DNA of 64,000 nt, from contig CBDANF010000002.1 in NCBI GenBank assembly GCA_965197475.1, forward strand, positions 1,184,001 through 1,248,000, read 5' to 3'. Every line of letters starts with the position of its first letter. Positions within the stretch are counted from its first letter, which is position 1. A model generated the notes under the pieces. That model saw nothing but the letters and a program-made list of their open reading frames with translations, had not been told where the DNA came from and searched no databases. The translations under genes were made by a program, and so were the position numbers. This document shows positions 21,201 to 28,458 of the stretch, piece by piece. Origin of the DNA: Candidatus Poribacteria bacterium (GTDB lineage: Bacteria; Poribacteria; WGA-4E; WGA-3G).

Positions 21201-21792
21201 CTTTACTTCTGGTACCTCAGTTGATGCTGCCCCACTTATCCAAGCAACGCTCACTGATGCGCGCGGTGTTGACTACATCACTCGTCCTGTTCAACTTGCC
21301 TTGGGGCGATTCGGAGAGTTTGAGACTATCGCTGAAACCGAATACAAACTTACGCACCATCCTGGGTCTAAGCAAATAGTTTTGACATATAATTCACCTG
21401 AACTTGAACCTCGTGAATATCAACTCCGACTCACAGCAAGCGACCTTGATGGAAATACGGGTGAGGATGAAATTACTTTTCATGTGCACAGCAAACTCCA
21501 ATTAGTGGAACCTTTGAATTATCCAAACCCGTTTACGCGAGATACCACAGTGACATGTGAATTGACACGGCCTGCAGAGTCGCTTACTATCAAAATCTAT
21601 ACCCTTACTGGGAGGCTTATCAGACAACTGAAAACAGAAGCACCTGCGGGGTATATACAACTTAAGTGGGATGGTAAAGATGACGATGGTAACGTGGTTG
21701 CTAATGGTGTCTACTATGGAAAAATTATTGTTAAAAGTTTTGACGATGAAGACGACCAGACCCATATTCTGAAAATGATGAAATTGAAATAG
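15232..21792 (+). CDS. Large C25 (gingipain/PorU-like) cysteine peptidase with C-terminal FlgD-Ig/sorting-like domain
   Basis: PGFPRLP propeptide, FGDG, AGHGG (His), LSCYNG (Cys), LFGDP, NYPNPF...WDGKD...GVY; true start may be 15313 or 15358. Confidence 0.85.
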   Translation: MIMLSIEHWHGRSAALCKRIVHALLYVMQRFLSVSPRISVCLMHACCLIFVSVLFVFSFTAVADVTQVTSADGITVTFKLPQLQVTQVTPDADFKDAEVGGVYHTVRYSECGWIREPGFPRLPVTRLFLAVPADAQLNNADVSVNAGSSQTHNGVRLLQSEKEIPLSTEGVSIAAGPLQTDGGAGFIQNKKGANPNSGSDRYPAVLARIEMDGYIRSQRVISLALHPVQYNTATRELRSYSSLNVFIPFHSQLKARAAAATLAPNLTNLTHTASPYEQTFSRHILNYAQYRTLFNSGLETGRSFRADTEMFPAAPAAPGLTDKSFQTRYKLYIDETGVYKVTGASLRTNWGIDLIGVDPRKLRLTHGDQEIPIYVSGAVDGSFDAEDAIFFLAHGSTDPESPVRKNAYTLWNVYWLSIATEGQNPVRVPQIEASPSDATAVQVPTFRSRVVFEEDRLTNNLEFVYPETVAAGDKHKWFDALDFWYWDGIKNSSDIGELRLNFPLHDIAKSFDPPQIQVVLQGGTPVPHEILVAVNGVRVDLAKWDSQAQVTLAKNLRVWNNLKDAAKGETNVLSLTRIDTTFEEDTTRYPYHIYLNRFWVDYTRLFLAVNGQLRFGTPVKTGRENENKSVTHQFRIDAFLDSQISVFETDGNILTAKLQGVHVARHATDDVMRERLKVLNSGDLRAVPNNTYTATFQVPDTRTTEFIAVSDTALRKPIQVETVPPSDLRDPLNGVDYLVLTHPRFRDAADRLGNWRSTADGGGYRTKVVDINDVYNTFGDGKVHPIWIKNFLTYAYQNWAPPALSYLVIFGDGTYDFRGIDKEIYSEPPELSGYIPTHYISTDSFGRTAADHWYATVSGHDEFVDFYLGRLTVENEVEADTVVDKIINYEARRPNGAWRRRIISVADDEVSNSGDFIFKKSLNEIAKDRTRLGYETVEIYLEDVIDEVEAKPDEFPGILPRHVAKGRIIDALGEGAAIAQYAGHGGRIVWAHEAIFDNASIDKVEETGHLPFMLVLSCYNGYFDAPGEPSMAEKLLRKKRGGIIGMLSATRLTYGNGNEALNQIIFDMLFQRDVRQLGPLSFDSKLEFLLTEGTGQLNIMLEYTLFGDPAMRIAMADYDIIPEIETKTVKAGDTLKIAPGFIQTARYDAAAKRKVFTRNTSFDGELTVKAVFPGQQLVGEDKTGAPKEYYSGDVVVPKTISVKRGSYPAVKISVPDNISPGDAHVEYYAENATEIAVGGDGFTVDVPKILDIKPQLITTSSGEDMIEVSVLVSDDKKATVSVVLEWRNPENPDDNKVFLIPAAIVPESTTSLVATARWWKLPEPLPVPTDGSAFRYDIQVTDEDDFVVYSDYHRFYPYTYPNLAVVSNRAAKIRQITYKLGGPEGTANERFLSVDIELTGTSSSQDEDVSEHDLISVLGLSDVDVEVAFFSGNPDIDENGIVDTEAHLIGSTRISPKDWVTRNPLHQRSNAYTPDPLNTNPIATAAIPIFLRSGIHDIFVYVDPIFTDADEPGKVLENNETDNIGYRQLTVSGSIVGEVPARMASVDGGFRITAPAGAVQNKSSVLTVLPIVSDAVDAEYAYLIGGTGEVRNTTPHLPFPIIGRERTGDREAGMLLPVALSTRPFLLGYTLHLNETESVEQWADQWNSFKLQAPVAVELDFDWAALQQEVIRELFGSEANVSIEGPAIETTLSTAVEERVRNIGAYLWIDTLANWVRLDSEIKRHTNGDIYTSTRAAQIRSDNTGDGRLDDVAISSQGADTGTWIVLFETARTYRLLFMPQESVAGTGVDGNTMGHQLEEIERGISIISFSNVRTTSTDAAPGFAIDIEEGETPFQFGDILRFNITQIEVPGEGGTQFYASSFISRNRGDGAIQYLDLEPETTMPQDVWLIMFVSATQFQIEGKNIGVLAKNGAPIYGTVGKPFEHSDYGLSLLITQGPRPFTAGDRFLFETTKVGTIQAQTSYLGTVTCLQSEDTLPPNIQLTIGNQQHFTSGTSVDAAPLIQATLTDARGVDYITRPVQLALGRFGEFETIAETEYKLTHHPGSKQIVLTYNSPELEPREYQLRLTASDLDGNTGEDEITFHVHSKLQLVEPLNYPNPFTRDTTVTCELTRPAESLTIKIYTLTGRLIRQLKTEAPAGYIQLKWDGKDDDGNVVANGVYYGKIIVKSFDDEDDQTHILKMMKLK

Positions 21793-21826
21793 CCTTTTCT
21801 GAAAATGATGAAATTGAAATAGCCTT
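21767..21826. repeat. Perfect 30-bp tandem duplication spanning the stop codon
   Basis: TTCTGAAAATGATGAAATTGAAATAGCCTT x2. Confidence 0.95.
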
Positions 21827-21835
21827 ATTACGATT

Positions 21836-22344
21836 TACTAAGGTTTGGACAATTTTTAGAGTTCTTGAATGATAGTCTGTGTTAATAGAAACACCGTAGA
21901 CATCAATATAAGATTTATTGATATACATTTCGCCCCGCTGGGGCTAATAGAGTTGTTTACCAGCGTTTCTATAAACATTTCGCCCCGCTGGGGCTGCCTT
22001 TGCTGCACCTATAATGGTTTTTTGTGGGTTACAACTTTGCACAAAACTCGTAGAAAAATAGAAAGGACTTGAGAACACAACATGAAACAGACAGAAATTG
22101 TCCAAACTATAGTAATAGAAACACCATAGACATCAATATAAGATTTATTGATATACATTTCGCCCCGCTGGGGCTAATAGAGTTGTTTACCAGCGTTTCT
22201 ATAAACATTTCGCCCCGCTGGGGCTGCCTTTGCTGCACCTATAATGGTTTTTTGTGGGTTACAACTTTGCACAAAACTCGTAGAAAAATAGAAAGGACTT
22301 GAGAACACAACATGAAACAGACAGAAATTGTCCAAACTATAGTA
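21836..22344. mobile_element. MITE (TACTATAGTTTGGACA family) with 230-bp internal tandem duplication
   Basis: Left TIR at 21836; right TIRs end at 22114 and 22344; 21883-22112 and 22113-22342 near-identical. Confidence 0.8.
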
Positions 22345-22357
22345 CCATTTAGAAAAT

Positions 22358-23362
22358 ATGAGAAAAAAACTTTTCATACTTATCCTTTTTTTACACAATG
22401 TTCTGCCCTTAGCAGCTGAACAGACGTATACGGCAGACTTCCTCACATTTGGGGCCGGTGCGCGTCCATTAGGCATGGGCAATGCCTTTACGGCTATTGC
22501 TGATGAGGCAAGTACTACTTACTATAATCCTGCTGGTATCGCGCAGTTGACGCATCACGAATTTAATTTTATGCACGCTACGCTTGCAGACCTTGCTGCG
22601 TATGATGTGGCAAGTTACATATACCCTTTTTCCTCAAAAATGACTTTCGGCATCAGTTGGCTCCGTGTTGGTGTAGACGACATACCGATTACAGGTATTC
22701 CTGTGACCAGTAAAGCAATTGGTCCTAACAACCGTCCTTATGTCGTTGGGACTTTTAGCAGTACAAGTAATGCGGTGCTGCTCAGTGGGGCACGGCAGCT
22801 GACAACTTTACCACGTGATGTCTCTATCCATCTCGGTGCCAGTCTCAAATTGATCTATATTGATACGTATCTTAATAACAACGCTGTTGGTGGCGGAAGC
22901 GACCTCGGTGTTCTTGCAAAAACGGACCCAGACAAACCGGCTGCTTTCTCCTTCGGTATTGTTGCGAGTGATTTTCTCACGACTAAACTCTATTGGAACA
23001 CAGTGCCAGAAACCGCTGGTGAATCGCCTCATACAGAGACACTTTCGCCCCGTCTCAAAATAGGTGTTGCCTACCACCAGAAACTCGCTATTTTCAACAG
23101 TAAACTCACGTTAGCTGCTGATGTAGACACTCGTAACGCCTATGAATTCCACACCGGTGCAGAATACGTTCTGTTTGACCTGTTAGCACTTCGCTGCGGG
23201 TTTGATGGCCGGAACGGCACTTCCCGCGCGATGTACTTTACCGCTGGTGCTGGGCTCCAACTCCGATTTGTTACCGGTGCAGCATTTCATGTGGATTATG
23301 CCTATCAGCGACAGCCGGATTTAGGTATCAATAACCGCCTCTCCCTCCGTATTCTATTTTAG
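22358..23362 (+). CDS. PorV/PorQ-family outer-membrane beta-barrel
   Basis: FLTFGAGARPLGMGNAFTAIAD...YYNPAG; VDYAY; C-terminal F. Confidence 0.85.
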   Translation: MRKKLFILILFLHNVLPLAAEQTYTADFLTFGAGARPLGMGNAFTAIADEASTTYYNPAGIAQLTHHEFNFMHATLADLAAYDVASYIYPFSSKMTFGISWLRVGVDDIPITGIPVTSKAIGPNNRPYVVGTFSSTSNAVLLSGARQLTTLPRDVSIHLGASLKLIYIDTYLNNNAVGGGSDLGVLAKTDPDKPAAFSFGIVASDFLTTKLYWNTVPETAGESPHTETLSPRLKIGVAYHQKLAIFNSKLTLAADVDTRNAYEFHTGAEYVLFDLLALRCGFDGRNGTSRAMYFTAGAGLQLRFVTGAAFHVDYAYQRQPDLGINNRLSLRILF

Positions 23363-23479
23363 TTGTTGGTTTGTGTGCTGTCTGAATCTCGGATGATACG
23401 GATTTCGCAGATTTTTTGTCCTAATTCCCCAAATTTACCTTAAATTTTGCTAATTTCTATATTTTTTTGTAATTTTTGC

Positions 23480-23508
23480 TTGACTTTTTAATACTTTAAA
23501 CATATACT
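23480..23508 (+). promoter_or_regulatory. Sigma70 promoter whose -10 box is the MITE insertion site
   Basis: TTGACT-N17-TATACT; empty-site reconstruction gives TATAAT. Confidence 0.6.
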
Positions 23509-23587
23509 ATAGTTTGGACAGTTTTCGTTTGTATTGTTTTTCGCAATGAGTAGTTTTGGACTTGAAATTTTTTCTCAAATTTTTCAC

Positions 23588-23617
23588 TTGACACTCAAAT
23601 TCTTTCCATGTTATACT
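23588..23617 (+). promoter_or_regulatory. Promoter inside IS cargo
   Basis: TTGACA-N18-TATACT with extended TG. Confidence 0.65.
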
Positions 23618-23625
23618 ATTCTCAA

Positions 23626-23702
23626 GTTCGTTGGGCAGGATTTCTATCGCAACACTCCTTGTGTTGTGTCCTGCCCTCACCCATAGAAAGGTGTAAACGA
23701 AC
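23626..23702 (+). ncRNA. Candidate structured RNA with pseudoknot
   Basis: Four stems plus a 7-bp loop-bulge pairing, starting at the predicted TSS. Confidence 0.5.
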
Positions 23703-23809
23703 CTACGAACGATACCCGTTTAACGTATCAATTTTATATGCTTGAACAGTGCATAACGCACTGGAAATACGCTATGCACCAATTTATCTCAAGCAAAGTG
23801 AGGTATACT

Positions 23810-23941
23810 ATGGCTAAAAAAGCCACTGGCACGCGTGTACGCGATGCCAAAGACGGACGGTTCCTTCCCAAAGGCACGGACAAACGCCGTCCCGCCACAA
23901 CGGTGAAAGAAACTGTCAAATCTCACAAGCGGTGTAAATAA
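23810..23941 (+). CDS. Small basic protein (RDAKxGRF...RRPATTV)
   Basis: GTGAGG RBS; followed by hairpin 23955-23982. Confidence 0.7.
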   Translation: MAKKATGTRVRDAKDGRFLPKGTDKRRPATTVKETVKSHKRCK

Positions 23942-24011
23942 TCCGCTTGCAAACATGTAGGGGGTCTTTTGATCCCCTACATACACATTTTACCTCACAA
24001 AAGGAACATTG

Positions 24012-24522
24012 ATGAAAACTTTGTCGTTTATAATGGTTGTGATGTTATTCACTACGCCATATCTCACACTTGCACAACAAACAAGTGATGCTGCGCAAGC
24101 AATATTTGATGCACGACGTGATGCAACACTTGCAAACACTCAAATATGGGGAACTGTTGGTTGTCTACTTGGTGTTACCGGTATGTTAATTGCGTATGTT
24201 GTCACACCAATAAAAAACCCATTTAATGGACAATTTATTCTATTTTGTATTGAAAATAAAGTGCTTTTTTCACATAATGGAGGTTTATCAATTAGTATTT
24301 TTTAGCATTTTCATAACCGCGTATTGAGAGACCATAGATAGATACTGATTTCTGAGTGCTTTTGAGAAATATCAGGTTGCTTATTACACAAGCATTTATC
24401 AAAAACTTGTGAAAAACGACCAAATAACACATGCTACAATAGGATGTGTTATTGGAACTGGCACTATGGTGGGACTTTGGATAATTTTAATTTCAGCTGC
24501 TGATTCTCCATACGGGTATTAG
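24012..24522 (+). pseudogene. Interrupted exported membrane protein
   Basis: Signal peptide + TM to VVTP (~24209), AT-rich segment with stops, then VAYYTSIYQ...TM...PYGY stop. Confidence 0.5.
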
Positions 24523-24578
24523 CAATTCCAACCAACGAGGGGACTCTGTCCCCTCTAACCCCAAAGGAGACTAAACCC

Positions 24579-24851
24579 ATGTGGGTAATATTCAAGCCGC
24601 CTTCCGATCCTGTTGATTTTTCACTTTTAGCCTTACATACAGAGAGTTTTGTAGAACTCGCCCTTGTAAAACTTGATACAAATTTTCGCGTAGTGATTCA
24701 GAAACCTTTTGACACGGACAATGAGAGGTTGGAATTTGCTCTTGACATGATCGATGCTCTGAAAGATGGAAAGCCAACTTTTGAACTTCCACAGCATTTT
24801 CCCTCAAATCCTGATGACAAAAAGAACAAGATTGATAAGGCATACCTTTAG
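24579..24851 (+). CDS. Hypothetical protein (IS passenger)
   Basis: AAGGAG RBS; 90-aa ORF. Confidence 0.55.
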   Translation: MWVIFKPPSDPVDFSLLALHTESFVELALVKLDTNFRVVIQKPFDTDNERLEFALDMIDALKDGKPTFELPQHFPSNPDDKKNKIDKAYL

Positions 24852-24860
24852 TTGTGTCCA

Positions 24861-25742
24861 TCACCGCATACTTTCATTAACAAACTTATCAAAGATACTG
24901 TCAATGCTCCTATAGTTGTATTTATAGCACGCCTCTGCTACATACAGGGGCGTATATTCAGTCCAGTAGTGGTGATGACTTCCATACCAAGCTCGTTTGA
25001 GTAGACTCCAAAACCCCTCAATTGTGTTTGTGTGGACATCACCCTCAACAAATTGCGTTTGATGATCTATGATATGGTGTTTCATCTCCTTGCCGATAGC
25101 GAGATACGCCTTATACTCATCGGTCATCAACTCCGAATCCTCAACTTTGACGACTCTTCGGATAAAGTCTAAAATAGTCCGTCCTGTCAAATCTTTAGCG
25201 AGTTGTGCTACAACTTTCCCGCCCCGCTGTACTGCCCCGATAATAGCGTCTTTCTCTGTTCCACGTCCACGCTTGGCAGGCACGTGGTCTTCCTTCTTAT
25301 TAGGCTTACGAGGTTTACCCCCGATGTAAGTTTCATCTGCCTCTATGATGCCTTGTAGTAGCACGTTACCTTTCTTTGCCATTTCAGCACGGATACGAGT
25401 CATGATATACCATGCTGTCTTTTGATTCAAGTCTAAATCGCGCGCAAGTTGATGACTTGACAAACTTTTCTTCGCATTCGTTATCAACGAAATAGCCAAA
25501 AACCACTTCTGTAACGCTATCTTTGTCCCGTGAAACACCGACCTGCACGTCACCTTGAAACTCACTTGGCACTCGTGGCAGTTCCAACGACCGATACGAC
25601 CGATTTCTGTTTCTGTCCGTTCTCCTATATGATCGCTTTCACAATGCGGACACACAGGTTTACCTCGCCACCGAATCTTCTCTAAATGCGAAATACAACT
25701 CTCTTGATCGGGAAAACGCTCCATCACCTTCAACAAATCCAT
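24861..25742 (-). CDS. IS1595-family transposase
   Basis: CPHC/CHEC zinc ribbon, EADETYIGG, MTDE, HTNTIEGFWSLLKR; AAGGAG RBS before ATG 25742. Confidence 0.95.
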   Translation of the reverse strand: MDLLKVMERFPDQESCISHLEKIRWRGKPVCPHCESDHIGERTETEIGRIGRWNCHECQVSFKVTCRSVFHGTKIALQKWFLAISLITNAKKSLSSHQLARDLDLNQKTAWYIMTRIRAEMAKKGNVLLQGIIEADETYIGGKPRKPNKKEDHVPAKRGRGTEKDAIIGAVQRGGKVVAQLAKDLTGRTILDFIRRVVKVEDSELMTDEYKAYLAIGKEMKHHIIDHQTQFVEGDVHTNTIEGFWSLLKRAWYGSHHHYWTEYTPLYVAEACYKYNYRSIDSIFDKFVNESMR

Positions 25743-26258
25743 CAGATAACTCCTTGAAATAGGAGTTGCTTTTTCTGACGGATTTCTGATATAATACCAG
25801 ATAAGATTAGAACCGTCAAAAAGCAACTCGCTTTTTGTGTTCATTTAGGGGGCTACCAACCCCCTATTTTCTTATCTATATTATACCATATAAACCCAGT
25901 GGACACAAGGCTTTATAGCGATTTTTTAAAATTTTTCTCAAGTCCAAAACTACTCATTGCGTTGTTTTTTATACACCTGTCGCACCGCTGGTGCTTGGCT
26001 ACTGGAGGCATTTACGTTTCTATACACCTATCGCACCCGCTGGTGCTGCCAATATGGGCGATAAAATTCTTTTTCTGTGGGTTTCAGACAGTGTTGTAAC
26101 TCAACGAAAATATATCAGACATCAAAGTGGCAGTCCCAGAGGGACGGAATGTGTATAGATCATTACCAGTCCCACTCCAAGCCCCAAAGGGGCGAAATGT
26201 GTTTTAGCGCGAGATTCAAAAATGAAAATGAAAAGCATCACGTCTCAAAAAACTGTCC

Positions 26259-26351
26259 CGCTCATGTATAAAGTGTGTGCTGTTGTTTTCAATAAACGCA
26301 GTGGCCACGCGGGTTTAACTTTTTCATTAGCACTCATTCTTTACATGAGCC
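26259..26351. mobile_element. 93-bp IS1595-type MITE
   Basis: CGCTCATGTA...TACATGAGCC ends; 8-bp TSD AACTGTCC. Confidence 0.85.
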
Positions 26352-26608
26352 AACTGTCCAAACTATAGTAATGAAGCTATGACGGGGCTGGTTTTCATTC
26401 TATCACAAATATAATCCTGTGGCGATAGAAACATGGAAACCAGCGCGCCCGAAGGTTAGAGTTGTCAGTGCCGTTTCCTTTTCACTTTTCCTGCCAACCG
26501 AACCTTTGTGGTCTGTCAAAAATGATGAACCTGCTCACGATAAAAGAGGAGGCACAAGATGCGACGCGGCTACAAAGTTTTTTGCATTAATCCATTTGCC
26601 CCAAAGAG

Positions 26609-27061
26609 ATGTTTATACGTATTTTATTTCTATGTCTTTGGATAATATGCGGCCATCCTCGGGGAACATATCATTCTGCGGCGGCTCCGGTTCTGTATTC
26701 AGAAACATCCCCCGTTTCACATCCGCCCCGTATCACGGCTCCCTGGATGACTCCAGAGGAGCTTGCGGCGTTGCATCTGAATGCGTATTGTCAAGTCATC
26801 ATAGATGTCAACATATTTCGTCCGCTGCAAAAGCACGAGCGCGTCAAAATCAACCCGTATCAACTTATCGGGACGCTCGAGAAAGAAAAGGAAACGTTAG
26901 CGTATCTGTTAGACACTTTCACAAAAAAGGTTCACCCCGTCACATCCGGTGAAAAGTTAGACAAGTTCACTGTGGAGAACGTCACCCGCAGAAGTGTGAC
27001 CCTTCGTGACAAAAATGATGTCATTACAAAGTTAGAACTCGGTACTATGTTTCTTAAGTAA
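26609..27061 (+). CDS. Exported protein, GspC/PilP-like beta domain suspected
   Basis: Signal peptide; NIFRPL, YQLIGTL, FTVENVTRRSVTL pattern. Confidence 0.55.
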   Translation: MFIRILFLCLWIICGHPRGTYHSAAAPVLYSETSPVSHPPRITAPWMTPEELAALHLNAYCQVIIDVNIFRPLQKHERVKINPYQLIGTLEKEKETLAYLLDTFTKKVHPVTSGEKLDKFTVENVTRRSVTLRDKNDVITKLELGTMFLK

Positions 27062-27108
27062 AATAACCCATGCCACAAACTGAAAGTTTGTGGACAAAGG
27101 AGACTCTC

Positions 27109-28428
27109 ATGAAAAATCGGACATATTGGGCACTCGGTGTCCTTGTGCTACTCATTATTTTTGGGATATGTTACGTAATCGGTAATCGGTTTTCAGAGCC
27201 TGAACAAACAGAAGTCTCCCCATCAGAGACGGAACAGCTTGAAGTCCAAGCAAGACCCAAACTGCCGCCACTGGGAGAGAATTATGCGACGGGGCATTGG
27301 GATGGGGATGTGTGGCATAGAACTGCCCCGCCAGAACCTGACACCGTGATGCATGAAGGAAAAGCTATGACCTTACGCAAGCTCTACAGAGCAGCTTTTG
27401 ATCATTGGCGGAGTTGGGATGAGGAAGTGGCGATCCTGAACCGTATCATCGCAGAAGCCCCCTACTCCAAAACAGCATTCTACGCACGAAGTTATCTTGC
27501 GAGGCATGATGAAAATGGCGAGACTATTTGGAATAATGCCTTACTCTTCGAGCGTCTACAACCTTTGGTCAACTACCATCCTGACTCCCCAGGTTTGCTC
27601 TGTGATTTATTAATGCATGGCATGCACATCTATCCGAAAGCCGCGATCCATTATGGTACAGAGGCACTCAAATATGTGGGGAGGTACGGTGTGGGGGTTG
27701 GGCATAGTGCTTATCCGGAAAGCATTCATCATTTTCTCGGTTATGCGTATCAGCGGATTGGGGATTACAATAGTGCCGTATCACATTACAAGCAGTGCCT
27801 TGAACTGATTAGAGCCCATCCCAACCGAACGCTTACAGGATTAGATCCAAAATTAACCAAACGTCTTATAGATATGATTCTTTCGGGGAACCCGCCGCAC
27901 GGTCCGCTGGCTCAGAAGAATGGCCCGGGTCTTATCGCACCTGTTGCGGCACCGGTGTCTGCCCCTGTGATATCCGATCCTGTTCCGAAGGGAGAAGTTC
28001 CCTTAGAAGTCCCGCGTGCTGTGCCGTTGGGGGACGATGACGACCTTCAGATGGATTCGCAGCACCGTGAGGTGGATCGTCGTGATCTTGCAAAAAGAGC
28101 GGCTCAAGCGCAGCAGCGGCATCAACAGGCAGAACAGCGGCATCAAGAAGCACAACAGCGTTTTGATAACTTCGTTCACGAGTTGCATCAAATCGCTACG
28201 CTAAAGACCGAAGGTGATTTTGAAAAGTTTTTAATGCAAGAGATGGCAAAACGGTTGCGCGGCACAAAGCCGGACCCCCAACCGGACACACGTTCTTCGG
28301 TAAGTGCTGATCGGATGCGGCGTGCTTCACAAATCTTTAGAAGTGCTCGGACGCCGGCTGAAGGGTTCAAAGCGCTTCAGAAAGCGGATCCTGATCTTGC
28401 CAAAACACTTCAGCGGCCCCGTCGCTGA
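27109..28428 (+). CDS. N-terminally anchored GHWDGDVWH-motif protein with TPR and coiled coil
   Basis: TM helix; AAGGAG RBS; TPR HHFLGYAYQRIGDY. Confidence 0.8.
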   Translation: MKNRTYWALGVLVLLIIFGICYVIGNRFSEPEQTEVSPSETEQLEVQARPKLPPLGENYATGHWDGDVWHRTAPPEPDTVMHEGKAMTLRKLYRAAFDHWRSWDEEVAILNRIIAEAPYSKTAFYARSYLARHDENGETIWNNALLFERLQPLVNYHPDSPGLLCDLLMHGMHIYPKAAIHYGTEALKYVGRYGVGVGHSAYPESIHHFLGYAYQRIGDYNSAVSHYKQCLELIRAHPNRTLTGLDPKLTKRLIDMILSGNPPHGPLAQKNGPGLIAPVAAPVSAPVISDPVPKGEVPLEVPRAVPLGDDDDLQMDSQHREVDRRDLAKRAAQAQQRHQQAEQRHQEAQQRFDNFVHELHQIATLKTEGDFEKFLMQEMAKRLRGTKPDPQPDTRSSVSADRMRRASQIFRSARTPAEGFKALQKADPDLAKTLQRPRR

Positions 28429-28458
28429 ACACTTTAGAAAAAAAAAGGAGTTTTCCGA

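Larger units (their letters stand above)
23542..25961 (-). mobile_element. IS1595-family element with passenger genes
   Basis: 24-bp perfect IRs CGCAATGAGTAGTTTTGGACTTGA; 8-bp TSD TTGTTTTT (23534-41, 25962-69). Confidence 0.9.
23505..26370. mobile_element. TA-flanked MITE expanded by nested insertions
   Basis: 19-bp perfect IR TACTATAGTTTGGACAGTT (23505-23523 / 26352-26370). Confidence 0.8.

Noticed and set aside
21869-22302. Two near-identical small ORFs
   Set aside because: They fall within the duplicated MITE body
23633-23693. HDV-like ribozyme
   Set aside because: Stem order is similar, but P3 is 8 bp and the GG needed for P1.1 is missing
26419-26952. 177-aa ORF
   Set aside because: Overlaps the better-supported 26609-27061 gene in another frame and runs through leader hairpins
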